Shown piece after piece: positions 12,307-38,533 of a stretch of DNA of 64,000 nt. The stretch's first letter is position 1, and each line of letters starts with the position of its first letter. The notes under the pieces were generated by a model. The model saw only the letters and a list, made by a program, of their open reading frames with translations, did not search any database and was not told where the DNA came from. Both the position numbers and the translations under genes were made by a program. The stretch comes from Bugula neritina (Eukaryota; Animalia; Bryozoa): assembly GCA_964035545.1 (NCBI GenBank), contig OZ037766.1, positions 28,131,673 to 28,195,672 on the forward strand. Reading direction: 5' to 3'.

Positions 12307-13607
12307 GCGGCAAAGTTTTAATTTTAAACAAATAGAATTTTTAGTAGCATCAATAATGCATTTTATTCTTCCATGCATTTCCTATTATTTAGTTATTTTT
12401 TATTTTTTTGCAGCTTTTTTGCAATTAGGTCAATTTTAGACATTTTTCCAGTCGCATAAAGCAGCATACAGCAAGCATAAAGTGCAGCTAGAATTCCTCC
12501 CTCAAGCAAACTCTCTTATATAGGATATAGATAGTTGCAGTAGCCCAAAAATTAATAGTGATATCTGCATTAACTATCTTGTGCTTAGAGATTTTTGTGT
12601 GCTTCTCAGTTGCATTCTATTAAAATTAGTTTATTGCTTTAGGCTAATATTTTACAACTGGACAATCAGTAAGATTTATTTAGCTATTTAATGCATGCCC
12701 TGCCATACCGCTAAATCGATTATACAGTCACTTTGACTTATACAACGTAAGTTTTAAGAAAACACTTTTAAATAAGTGGAATGACTTTTCAGAAAATATG
12801 TTTGGTTCAGTGCAGCAACATTGTTCATTTTCTTAGTAGAAAGCTAAATATTTTGAACAAAACACATCAAACAAATGTTAGAAGCTTTAGAGAGTTTAAA
12901 TAATTAATAGAATTGATTATGCAAGGCCTAAAATTTAAAGTAATCTTTAAAATAAGCACATGTACAGTATAAATTTAAAAGCATACATTTATTTAATGAC
13001 CTAATGTGTTTTTTAAAATGTACAATATAGATTTATTTTGATGAATTATTTAAAATATGTGACAATCATATAATTATTATTATAGTCACAGATCAATAAG
13101 TTTGGATATTTAAGTTGATATATTCTAGGTGCTAACTTCAGTTGCCTAACGGGTTCTAGTTGTATATCAACAAGCATAAGGACTAGCAGATATTTTGGAT
13201 ATTTAGTTTAGGAGAAGTCACTTTTGACTTCAAAGAAATGGGTGTAACCATTCTCTGATTACTTTGAAGTCTTTTTATGCCAAGTCAGAAATTTAGTTAG
13301 ATTCACTTTGAATGCAGCAGTATTTTTGCTAAAGTTATAGGTCTTCTCAAATTTATGAAATTTATATATAGAAACTGGTAAAATTTGCAGCAGAAAAATT
13401 TCCTTCTAAAATTATGTCAAAAGTCAAACTTCTTATACATATTTTTATATAGTTATAGTTATCAAAATACTATTTTTTAATTGCTGACAAATATGCTTTT
13501 TAACGATTAGTTTATAGTATGGGTATGCAGTATTATTATAATATTTAACCTGTTGAAAAATTTTGTCATTTAGTGTTTCGCAAGTTTGGCTCATTATGAA
13601 TTTGAAG

Positions 13608-18946
<5,339 letters not shown>

Positions 18947-19600
18947 TATCTCCATTTTACTTCTCTGATTTTACAGTTAATGGAAACTTACTTACTACTT
19001 AATGGTGAAAGTGTGGAAATCTTGGTCAGTAACGAGAACTTTGACATTTTAATAAACTCTTGTTGCAGCTTCATATTTAGCTTCATGTCAAAAATAGTGT
19101 GATCTTCTGTATAATTGAAATGTTTCTTTATCATTTTTTACTGTGTGTTTTTTTAACATTTTTTAAAATTAAAACAGAAAAGCAAGAATACATGCAATTG
19201 TTTTCAAGTTCGACAAAATACATCACAGGCATCCAATAAACAGTTCCGGCTTTTAATTTTGAAAGTGCTTATTGATTTTTGTTCATTTATCAAATTTTTT
19301 CAACTCGTGTATTATGCATTATAAATTTTGTGTCATATGTTTACAAATAAAGTTATTACTCTATACTCTTTGGTAGTTTGTTCATGTTTATTTTTGGTAG
19401 ATTATACATGTAAAATGCATTAGATACTTTTATGGTTTTAGCAAAAGTATAATTAATCATAAACTATGATATATTACAGCAGCTATTTGATGTAATAAAA
19501 ACTCCAATTTAATATTGTGTTTGCCCATCACTGCAATAGCAGACATTTACAGCATTATGTTGGTATTTTGTATAAATCAGTATAATAATATTTTACAACC

Positions 19601-19790
<190 letters not shown>

Positions 19791-19988
19791 ATATAATAAA
19801 GATGGACACTGTATTGATAAAGAGTTTAAAGCATTAAAAGAAAATGAAATATAAAGTTATACTAATAATAAGTTATATAGTTTACATAAACAATACTATA
19901 TAGAGTAGTTAATCATGGCCGAAAAAGAGCAAGTTTGTAATCTTAACTACTTGCAAGCTATTTTATAGTTCATGTATTTTCAAATTAT

Positions 19989-22900
19989 TTATATCATGAG
20001 ACGCAGTGTCACAGTTCTATTTGGTTGCCCATCTTTATTTGCCAAATACATTTGTGCACAGCAACCTGTACAATGACTTTCTATGACTTGTGGCTCAGTG
20101 AAATTGAAGTATGCATGTGGAATATAACCTATGCAACTTATCTTCACACCTTTCTTTAGTTCAAATTGAGTACCTGTAGAATATAATTACAGGATTGGTT
20201 TTCTAAATGTCATAATACTTCTAGTTCAAGGAAATAGAAACTAAAAATTTGAATAATATATATTAGATTGCAGCAAGTTTAATCATTGATTGCTATTGAT
20301 CAATTTGCAATTTGAATTATTTAGGCAGCTGAATGTTTACTTACCTCCAATATCAAATCTAATTTTACTTCTGATGGTAGTATACCCTTCACAACCTGCA
20401 CAGTTATCAGCATAGCCAACCTCCAGTGGAGTTGTACCTCTTGATATTGTAGAAAATCTCAAGTCATCCAATCGTATGTTCAGTGTAGTCAAGTCAATTC
20501 CATATTTGGTAAAGCTAAAAATAGAGAAAATTTAGAATGGCTTAATGAGGCTTAGCAATGAAATAGCTTGTCAAAGTATTACATAATATATATAAAATGC
20601 TAATATATGCCTTCATAAATTTAAAAATTATATAGAAGATATTATTTTCACTTTCTTACATTTGCTTTCTTTTGCAGAGTTGAAAAGATAATTCAACAAT
20701 CAACCTTACCTACTGCATTAACTTCACATTTTCATAAATAGAAATATGCATGAATATAATATAATATTGCATCTTGAAGTAATTAAACATATTGCAGAAG
20801 AATCAGCTGAAAAACCATCACTTGACAAAATTTTCTAATGGCATATAGTGATGTGTGCGTTTTGGTCTTTGAAGTTAAGACCAAAACGCGCACTAATTAA
20901 TTCACACAGAGCTAAAAGTCAATTAGTGTAATACACCTGTAATTCATCCCAGCAAAGCAAAAAAAGTTCAGGTATAGAATATATTGGTTTTAGTCAACAA
21001 TAAACCTTACCTTATATACTGTATTAACTTTACATTTTTACAAATAAAAATATGCATGGATATAATATAATAATTTTGCATCTTGAAATAATTAAACATG
21101 CAGATATAGCTAATAACTTTTTTTTCAAAGCAATAAAATCAAACAACATAAATAATTAAGAACATATGAACATTTTTTGAAAAGTCAAACAAAATTATCC
21201 GTGAATAATTAGCCATCACAACAACTTTAACAGCTTGGTTATGCTATACCAGGTAGATTTACATATTTTTCAAATATAATATATGAAACCAAGACAAATT
21301 CTTTAAAATGAAATTGTTTTTTGTTGACAATGGCCATATTAGACCAGCTCTTTGAAGTAACCTAAACATGCACCATTTACTCCTAAGTTGCAAAAACAAA
21401 AACATATAACATACAACTCTGTCATAAAATTACAAATGCTTGGCCAACGCAATTTAATTCTAATTCTAAGTTTATATTATTTGGATTCTTGAGTTTTACT
21501 AAGAGGTTCACAATACTTACTTCATGCTTGTTTTTCTACCATGAAGGTAATTATTTTCAGCCCCTGAGGGTAGATTTAGATAAGCTAAAGCGGCTGAGTT
21601 ATTGCTGACTTGAAGACAATAAATGCTGCCAATAACTGGAACTCCATTTAAGGAAACAGAATAATTCGCTTCTTTGAACTTTGACCTGGCTACAGTTGTT
21701 GGACACCCTTCTGTAAGAGTATTATACAGATTTCCAACATTTGGTGGATATATACATATCTTCTTAAAGTTTCAGAAAAATTAAAATTTTTCATAAATAA
21801 ATCAAAGAGTTTGTAAATATATTGCGTTATACAGCAGAAAAAACTGTGTATATAAAATATACATTAAATACCAATTATTGCAATATTATTTTATAGATTA
21901 TTAGCATATAGTTCAAGTCTCAACACATTATTTTTCAACTTTAACCTATATTTGTACTATATGTAGCTAATTTGCATTATTATAAGATTTGAAACCTGAT
22001 GTTTGTACATGGTGCACTCAAATCTGTTTATAATTAGTATACATATTATTGTTTATGGTTACCTGGCAACCACACATTCCAACCATGATCATCTGTGTTC
22101 CATATATGGATATCAGTATACAGAATAATCTCACATATTTCTAGCCCTGGGTGGAAGTTAAACCCGTTACACTTTTGCCAATCCAAACAGAGCTAAAAAG
22201 CATGGAGCTTAGCGAATAGGCTGTGATTTGGGCAATACACCTTCACTGATGTCCTTTATTATATTATTACTCTAACATTATATTGGTTGACATCATTTGA
22301 CACCATTTGCCACTGATTAACATCGGCAAGACTAGAATTGCAATTCAAAACTTACATAATCTGAACACAAAATTATATAAACAATATGAAAAATACAAAC
22401 AATTGTATTCCACAAAAAATAATATGAATAATATGAACAATATGAATGATTTATTTATTTTTGCTCTCCTAAAATTACAACTTTATGTAGATAGTTCACT
22501 AGCACCAACTATTGCCAAGTGCCAGAGGTATTTTAGTTAGCACTGGCTGTGCTGTAGAAAGCTTTTCTTATGGTATGTTCTCAATATAGCTAACATGGCT
22601 AAGCAAACTCACACTAATTTTGCTACATGGAGTGTAATACAGCTGTAATTTATTTCAGCAAAGCAAATACATTTAACTTGCTCAATATAATACAAACAAT
22701 AAATATTTATTTTTAGCAAAACAAACAGTGTTTATTTTAGCACATTATAAAACTAATATTTTTGCATTTTTCTCAAAATTGTTGAAAAATATTGCTACTA
22801 TTGAGCAATTAATAAGTTGACCTATATGTATAACAGTAGCCATGATATAACTGTATTTATATGTTAAAGTAGTCAAATACCTGAGAGCAGACAGACACTG

Positions 22901-23011
22901 CTGGTATTTTATTTATTGTTTCTATTCCTGAACCCAAAGTCTTTATTCTTTTCTCTTTCATAGATTTGTAGAATTTTAGCTCCGTTCCTCTGCAAACAAG
23001 ACTTGTTACAG
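19989..23011 (-). CDS. PAN/Apple + GON-domain protein, copy E (inverted, divergent; exons 2-6, exon 1 not located)
   Basis: Exons 23011-22881, 22192-22063, 21710-21521, 20514-20345, 20173-19989; same intron phases, open throughout: ...VSVCSQ|LCLDWQKCNGFNFHPGLEICE...WLP|EGCPT...YSVSLNG...SIYCLQ...YLNLPSG|FTKYGIDLTTLNIRLDD...GYADNCAGC...|TQFEL...SHCTGCCA...VTLRLMI*. Confidence 0.85.
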
Positions 23012-24822
23012 CTAAAACAATATGTTTTAATAGCGTTTGTATTAATTGAAATAAATTCATATATGGCAAACTAAATATAAACATGTTGTGTGAAAGTCTA
23101 ATAAATTAATTCATGTAAGTAATTTGCTGAATTAAGCTAGTCTAGCTTTCGCCAGCTGTAACACATTGCAGCACATAACTATAATATTATAAAACCCATT
23201 AAAGCTACCTTAAACATAAGCTCTCTAAATCATGCATGCAAATAATGTAATGTAAAATATTTCTAAACTATTTGATAGGATAAAAATTAGTATATGGCAA
23301 AATCCCACCTAAGAGGAGTAAGTAGTGTCGAATATAACTGAAGACATCCATCATAACGGATTTCATGCTAATCAGAAAACAAAAAAAAACACCTTAGCTT
23401 TTAGGAAGCTTTTTAAATATTGATGTTTAAGTAACAATGTACAAAGTTTAAATTGAAGAGCTTTAATGTTTACAAAGCAATTGAAAACTGTTGACAATAA
23501 ATTTGAGATAAATTATTTATATACTCTGCAAGCACATATACATACATATATATACTACGTGACACATGCAATCCTTTATTGAAGTTGCCAATTTGTATTC
23601 TACCTGCCTGGTTATAGCATTTTAATCCATTCTACTAACTTTTATTTTCTCAAATCTACCTTTTACCTCTTATTTTGAAAGCAGAACTCAATGTGGCTAA
23701 GTTGCATATTATAGACACAATTACGTCATTCTATGATAAAAAATGTACCTTGCGTATAGCTACCAGATTACAACCCAATTTCAAATCCGCACTCATTTGA
23801 TTTGCTTAGAGTTCGGACTATAATATACTATATAGATCAGCCAGTTATTTTGACCTTCTGCGATAATCTATGGCAATGATTTATAGCTGTGGCAGATTTA
23901 GGAATTATATAGAGAAATTGTAAAACTATAATTTCATGTCGAGTGAGATACTGCCTTTCTGTTAATATATAATGTTATATATATATATTATAGTAACTTA
24001 TATTAGCCTAATATATGCCTGTTTTACTGCTATAGCATTAATCTGTGACACTCAATGTGGTCATGAAATGTTTGCTGCCAACACGTCCTATCAAATCCTT
24101 GCTATACGTGTAAATATTTTTATCAATTGATAATATATAGTAATATGTTTATAAAAGAGTATTATTACAAAATTTATCTAACTCATGATTGATTTTATTT
24201 GATGACATTTTAAAAATATTCACTAAGCTTCTAATTAGAAAAATATCATGTTCTATCACTCATCCTTTATAAGTTTGTTTGCAATATTTTATCATATAAA
24301 CATTGAAAATATATTGTTTAGATCTAGTATTTTCCAGTTAACCACAGCATATTATACTAAATAAAGAAGATGCATGCTTTAACTAAAAATTATAACATAA
24401 CCACTTAATTGGTCCCAGTTCCTTCACATTTTTCTTATTACTTATAGCAATAAGCAGTACCTAACAGGAGGTATAAACAACCATTGCAATTATTTTCTAA
24501 TAATATATGTATTGATGCATCCAATGTTAAGCTTTTAGTGCACTTCTATTTTAATAAAAAAAATACATGTAAAATATTTGCAGACTATCAGTTGTGTTTG
24601 CTGTAATAAGAAAAAATCTTTGGTTTCTCAAATTTCTTTAAATTAAAACAGCATCCTTATTGAAAAGATTAAAAAAAAGTTTTCAAAATTAACATAAAGC
24701 TGTTTGCTTTCTGGGATCAATCAATATAACATAATATTCCTGAGTAAAGTGTAATATGCAGCTCAATTAATGTATATTCAGAGATTTTTTTCAGCATAAT
24801 TTATTGTGTACTTCTGATTAAC

Positions 24823-27800
24823 ATGAAGCTGCAGGTGATATTTCAACTCCTTCTGTTCTTTACAGGTATATGTGTTTTACTTTAAAAAATTTTATACATA
24901 TACTGGGAAATCAGTATATATATAAGGTTTTACAGCTGCTTCTTTTTATTTTGTACAACCAAACTAACTTATATGCATGCATATACATATTTCATATAGG
25001 CTAATATGTTGGGCATTTAAGCTGTTATAAATTGACTTGTGATGTTTTTAAAACTTTGACCATTAAAAGATTTTTTGCAAAATAATTAAAATTTTATTGT
25101 TGGATTAAAAATGCAGTGAAGCAGTAAAAAACAAAAAATTAAAACTATAATAAATTATTCATACTATTTCGGTACTTTTTTGCAAAAATTTGAATCAAAT
25201 GCCATGATTTTGACATATATATAATATTTATGTCAAAACTCATGGTTTTTTATGTAAAATTCTTATTACATTGTACATTGTATATTATTATCTTACATAT
25301 ATGTTAAAGATACAATTAGGATAGAAATAAATTATTACAAAGCATAGAAATTAGTTACATTGTTAGAGCTATAATTCTGTTTACTTTCACTCTTCAAAAA
25401 AATTTTTGATGGCATTTTGAAGTATTTCAATATTTGATACACAATAAACTATTGATTGCTATGAGGGAAAGAGCACTTCTCAATATATTTAAATAATATA
25501 AAACTAAGTAATATCAAATATTGACAACACTTTGAGTTAAGCACTCAGTGAACATATATATACAGCTTATGTAGTTATAGCCTACTCAAAGTATTGATTC
25601 TCAAAATTCTTTAGTAAATATATTTAACTATATTAATATTCTGTGCCTGGACTGTTATAGATTTTGTTAGCCCTTATATTGGTTTATTGACTGTAAAAAC
25701 ATCCAGCATATATTGTCAGGTACTATCAACTAATTACATAGTTTTTTCATATAAGATAGTGGCTTTAAACGTTTCTCCATATATAATTGGCATTAAAATC
25801 TGCATGCTATTTAATATTTTCACTTTTGAAATATATAGTCAATTATATATTCATTTGTTAGTTTTGTAGGCTTTACCTGTCTGCTGTGTGGTTAACATGC
25901 ATATAGTTTATTATAGTATATAAAGTTTTTGATTATAATTGACTCCAACTACAATTTTTAAAAACTATAATATTACATTTTAAAAATTCAACAAATATTG
26001 GTTGGCAGAAAAATTATATGTATATAGGCAACATAACAGATTTAATAAAAACAATATTAGCATAAGAAAATATAGAATGACATGAAAAGTATATTACAAC
26101 AAAATAAACACTATACAATGACATAAAGAAATGTGACTATTTTGAATTATTTTAGCAAAAGTGCTGTTTTCCCAGGCTATACGTATGAAGTTTGTAAAAA
26201 TTGAAGGAAAACGAATAGAAGCTTCAGATTCTGGAATAATTTTATTTAAAGAAACTGCAAAACTTCTTGTTTGTGCAGAGGTAATATATTGGCATTATAC
26301 TACAACTATAAGCATTTTGACAGCCCAGAAACCAACTATAATTTACAAAATTATTTATGCATGCTTTAGCTGCTTCGACTATAGTGCTTGGTTATTTTAC
26401 GTATAGGAGTGTCTGGCTAATGAAGAGTGCAATGGCTTTAATTATAACTCTATGGAGCAAAAGTGTGAGACATTTTTGTATTCAGCAGAACATCAACTGA
26501 GTGATGATAATGATGGCTGGACATTATGGTTACCAGGTATATATATGTTATAAACTCCTATACCTATATAAAGTTATCTTTGCTTTAGTAAATTATACAA
26601 TCACTTTTAATTTAATTATATTTGGTAAATCAGTTTGTTATAAGTTTTAAAACTACTTCGAAACAAATGGTCAACATTTTGAAGTTCTCCTTAGAAAGTT
26701 CCTGCTTAAAGCTTTTGTATGGTATTATCAAAAAGTTTGGAGCTGATGGAAGTTTAAATAATGCGATAAATTTATATTTCAATTCTCCACTATACTATAA
26801 TAAAACACATCAGTAGGATATTTTTTTCTATAATAATTTATGCTTTCTGTTTTTTAAATGAGTAAATTGATTTATTCAAATGCAATATCAATTTTGCTAA
26901 TTACACAGCAAGGCAATTTTACTGAGAATATTATATTTGTTATAAAAATTGAACCCATTTGTTAGATTTAGTATATATTTGACACAATTCACACTACTAT
27001 GCAGAAGTAATGAAACTAACAAAATTGAGTTTAATTAAAGGAGAAACGAGTATTGCATAAAAAATATTCACTCTAGTAATAATGAATAAAAATCAACTGT
27101 CAACATTTAAAAGCAATAATTTGCGTTGAAAAAAATTTAAATTATATTTATATATATAGAAGCTTGCCCGACTGCAGCTGAAAGACCCAGCTTTAACAAG
27201 TCTAATTACTCATTGGCTATAAATGGAGTTGCTGTTACTAGTAGCATATATTGTCAACGAATGGATGATCTCAACACTTTGTCTTTTCTCAATCTTCCCA
27301 CTGGTGCAGCCAGTAACTATCAGATTGGTAAACACGATGATCAACAGTGAGTGCTATAGAAATTTTTAAACTGCAAATTTGGAGCAAATAATCTTTATTT
27401 TTGTGTGCTTTGAAATGTATAATATGTTAAATTGATATATTATAACCACATCATGTGTAAATGAGTCAAAGAAGAATAAATTATCCATTATTCAAAAAAT
27501 ACGTGCCTAGCTGATGTATCATCATTAGTTTGCACAAATTTAAAAAATGCCAAACACTTACTTGAGCATAGTATGCTCAGTTTCTGAGATGCTTTGGTTG
27601 ATGTTATATTTTTGAAAAAGTTAATGCTTTGATCTGCTCCTCAATAATGCATATAGGCTACATATCACAAATATATAGTCATTAAATCTATAAAGTAATA
27701 AAAAACACGGTTCAACTGAATAGTATTGGATTTTAGCTTAACAGATAAAATTTCATTTATAAAAGAGCCTTTCCACAAATTAGAACTTACTAAAAATGCA

Positions 27801-28478
27801 ATCTTGCAATTTATAGTTAAACTAAAAAAAGGGTTTATTCTCATCTGACTATGTATAAACACAAAATTGAAATTTGTTGTACTGTTTTTATCTAAAATTA
27901 AAGTACAATTATACAAAATATTACAAGGTTTACAAAGTACGGAATAGATTTGGATACTTTAACTCTGAGACTAGATGACTTCACCTTTGCTACTACAACT
28001 AGAGGCGCTAACAAACTGAGCTTGGGATACGTAGACAACTGTGCTGCATGCAATGGATGGACCAACGATAGAAGTCGCATTTACTTAGACATAACAGGTA
28101 AGGTTAGGAAACCATCAGAATTAAAGCTATAGCACATAATATTGTGTTAATATAGATAATATGTTACCTGTAGTATATGTTTATTGTATTATCAGAAGTC
28201 AAAAAATTTAAACAGTAAATTAGCTACATAGTATATATTTAATGAGATATTTGTTATAGCTAACTACATAGTGCATGATGCTTGTATATTTTACAGGCAC
28301 CCAGTTTGAGTTAGAAGATGATGTGACCTTGCATTGCACTGGCTACCTTCCAACTATTTACCACAATATTAAAACTTCACAAAGAGTTGAAACACAATGT
28401 GCTGGATGCTGTGCTGACTCCTATGTTAGAAGTGGCCATGGAAACAGCACTGGCCAGATTTCTCTCCGTCTAGTCTAA
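24823..28478 (+). CDS. PAN/Apple + GON-domain secreted protein, copy F (complete, 278 aa)
   Basis: Exons 24823-24865, 26156-26280, 26407-26536, 27160-27346, 27928-28097, 28297-28478; 837 nt, open; signal peptide MKLQVIFQLLLFFTAKVLFSQA. Confidence 0.88.
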
Positions 28479-30907
28479 GATAATTTTCACCTTATTATAG
28501 TTTCTTTTATTTTGTTGAATAAACTTATTCTCAGTTTATATAAGTTGGAGAACTGGAATATTTTTTCGGTTTACAGTATTTAGCTGATAAGCTACAAGGT
28601 AACCTGAGGTGATTGGTTAACTGCCCTAAAATCATTTGGATTTATTATCAGCTCTTATGACTTAGATATTAGCTATTGTAAGGGTAAAAAGACTGCACGA
28701 GGAACTCTAACACAGACTGTCAAGTGAGTTATTATAGGACCATATATTTCCGGAACATTAGTTGAAACTTTAAAGTCTGGCATTTATTAATTTCATATGA
28801 GATGCTATACACATATATGGCTTCAAATTATGTCAACTCTATATCAGAAATTTTGTTGTTTTTTTTTCTTTCAATTTTATTCAAAATTTATGGTTTTAGT
28901 CTTACTTCCTTTAATGGCTTTAGGTATTTTGCATTGCTCTAAAATCAAAATGCAAAAACAAATTAAGCATAGCTAATACAATTGCATGGCAGTAGAATCG
29001 CCATATATGCAAAATTCTGCAACAGAAATATAAATAGATTATTATAAAGTGGTATTTAAATGCTTATTGAGTTATGTTATATTTGTCAAATTATGTTGAT
29101 ACATGATTTCTACATGCTGAATTATGAGAATCATATGCATAAAAATAAAAAATTAATTTAGATGAAGATAAATTGTATTTTATTTTCTGGTCTAATTTTT
29201 ATTACTTGTATTTATTGCTTATACAGATACTGCTTTAAAAACTTAGATTGTTTCCACACAAAGTACAAATTACCACACATAAAACAATACATGTCATGTA
29301 TTATATTGGCTATTGCATTTTCATCATTTCAATGATAAAAATTGCCACATTCACTATCAATTGAAGCATTTGTACTTTCTTTTTAATTAAGATAAAACTT
29401 TTGTAAGCAACTGGCAACTTTTTGTAAAATATGTTTTAGATTTTTCATAATTTTTGACCCTATTATATATTTAAAGCTCGGTGGGCTGTATTCAGTTTCT
29501 TTGTGTATTTGTCAGTTGTGTCAATACTTCTTTTAATGGTGTACTGGGCAAACTGAGATTTTTGACCGACCATATAAACTCAATTTATTGTTGGTAATAA
29601 ATAATACATTTATATAACTGTTTTATTTATATTGAAAGCAATTATATATTTCACTATATCAGTGTTTAGTTACTTATTTCTATGTTAAAAGAATGGTGTT
29701 GAATAAGACTGCAACTATTCAAATAACAGCTTTTATTCTTGTCATGTTTTAGTTTTGTTGGTTAATCTCAGCTGCTTTAGCTTAATCGATTATGTTAATA
29801 CGTCAGCTTGTTAAAAAAATGCAGCAGCAATTAAACCGAGTTTAGTTTACTAAATTTTTTTAAAAAAATTTCAAGTCTACTGTATTAACAAATTGCACGA
29901 CCTGTGTCTATAATCATCTACTTAGGCATCTATAACTGGTACCTAACACACAGCATGAGTGCAATTTTTTTTCATATAAGGGAAGAGAAGACAACTTTGA
30001 ACACAGCAAATATTAGCCTAGCTATATAGAAGATCTGCAGCTATAATTTAAAGCACGTAGTATAAAACTGTTAGTTATAATAACTATATTAAAAAGCTGT
30101 GTTATATCACTAGAGACTTATTATGGGTGCAGTCAAAAAACAAATGGAATCTTAAACAGCTTTATAATGGTCATTTACTTTCAGTCATGGCAGATTCGAG
30201 TTTCAAGATATGAAAATAATGGAATATTTTTTGCTATTTTGTGAAGAACGTTTATCTGTGCCAAAATTAAAATGATGTCACTGGCATTACTCGTACACGC
30301 TGACTATATAGATACATGCACAAACTCTCTTTTATGGTGATTTCATAAAATACATGCTATATAAGATGCACTTTTTATAGATTATTTTCTTGCAGCAAAA
30401 TAGGAAATATTTTTTACTCAGCAATGCTGATCTCGGAGTTTTAGCATTTATACAGCATAAGCCAATTGCAACTTCAGGGAATTATTTATATTTATATAAC
30501 CATGGTTATATAAATATTTCTTGCAGAAGGTTTTTTATCTTTTCTACAAATCGTACTAAACTACACATGCAGATACACAATGCACACTGCCATTTTAAAT
30601 ATAATGATGATTTACTACGCAACCAGTTTGATAATAGGCATTGGAGATTTTATATTGATTTATATTATTTATTTATGCTGCTTTGAGGTTAGGTTAGGTT
30701 GACGTTTTAAATATCACTATATTGTTGACCACAGATTCTGTACAAAATGTTGCAATATACTGGCTAACTTTCATTTTGTCCCATGGTACTAGTAGTAATA
30801 AAGTGTTTTAAATCAAATTTTATCGTTCATTACTTTTATTTACTCTGCTCTGCACTGCATTGAGCTCTCTTTAGTGGTAAACTATACACCATTTTATATA
30901 TATATAG

Positions 30908-31006
<99 letters not shown>

Positions 31007-31081
31007 GTATGCTGATTGTCAATCTAGTTGGAGTTCCAGCAAAGTAAAGTGCTCGATATCACGGGTAACAGAGCTAATATA

Positions 31082-31164
<83 letters not shown>

Positions 31165-31955
31165 AACACACACGCACACACAGGGGGATATAAACATAAA
31201 ACATTCATGACGTTATAGGATTCAGCTTCAACTTCCTGCATATGACCTACTTTGACTGTATCTATATCTTAAACAAATCATATTTTATTCTGGCAAATTT
31301 GAAAAGGATCCATTGACAATTGCAAAGCTTATGTCCTATCAATTTATTATTGATGCAAAAATTGAAAAAGGTTTACAAATCATAAATTGCATGCTGGCAA
31401 TCCCATATGGGGTGTCAATGAGTTTGAAATTATAATAATATCATAATATTATGATCAAAGATCAATAAGTTTAGATATTTAAGTTGATATATTATAGTTG
31501 TTTAGCCCATAGGTTTCTGGTTGTATATCAGCAAGCATATAGTGACTAGCAGGTATTGTGAATATTTAGTTTAAGAGAAAGTTACTTTTACCTTAATGGA
31601 AACTTAGAAGTTTTGAGAAACCTGTAAACTTCTTGTGACAAGTCAGAAAAAATAAAGTTTATTCAATTTAGTTAGATTCACTTTGAATGCAACAGTACTT
31701 TCACTAAACTAGGTCTTCTCAAATATCTGAAAGCTATATAAAAACTGGTAAGATTTGCAGCAAGAATGTTTACTTTTGGAATTCTGCCAAACTTCATATA
31801 TATTTTTTATAGTTATTCAAATGAATCAAAATAGTATTTTTTAATTGCTGACAAATATTGTTTTTAACAATTAATATTAAATATTATTATAATATTTAAC
31901 CTGTTGAATAACTTCGTTTTTTAGTGTTTCCCAAATTTGGCTTATTGATTTAAAG

Positions 31956-37741
<5,786 letters not shown>

Positions 37742-38533
37742 ATTTTCAATTTTGAGGTTCCTTAATCATATTATATAAGTTAAATAAACTATCGATTTGA
37801 AATTTTAAGTTAAAAACTTATATAAAACTGTCATCTCATTTTGTTATACTGTTAATTTGAAGATTTAATTGATGCTTAATTTATAGTACCAGTTTTATAT
37901 ATTTTTTTTGTATAGATGTTTTCTCAAAACTAAAATATAAAAAAACTCATTTATATATAATTGAATTTTTTTAACTTACACATATAATGTAAGAGTTAAT
38001 TATAGCAGTAACATAGTTATGGTAACATTTTTAAACATGTAATATTCACTTGTGTAAATTTATTAGTTATGGCTATTGTGTTCTGTTGAAAAATTTCTTA
38101 GAAAAACCAAACATAAAAACCATATTTGTTTTTTTCTATATTTATATTGTTTGGCATAATTTTAAATGCTTCATTATCCTTGTAAATTTTTTAAAAATAT
38201 AAATTATGCATTTAAAACAGAAATATATATATGCAAAAAGGTGTTGTAAACATATTCTCCATGGTCAGAAGCAAAAGCACTTTACAAAAGCATATTATTT
38301 AATTTTGCCTAATAATTTTACAGCCAACAAAATTTAAATAAAATGATTTGGTTTAATTGGATAATGTTAAATTTTATATACATGATAAATTTACATAAAA
38401 AGATATTTATTCATCATCATTGAGTTAAGATATTTTATAATAATGCAAATACTAAATTTATAGTTATACAAACCCAAAAATATTGTAGGTGCACTCCAAC
38501 CTAAATGCATGATAGTCAAATACAATACAAATT

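Noticed and set aside
21521-21710. Suspected frameshift in exon 4 of copy E
   Set aside because: On re-reading, TAT TCT GTT TCC TTA AAT GGA is in frame; the 190-nt exon is open.
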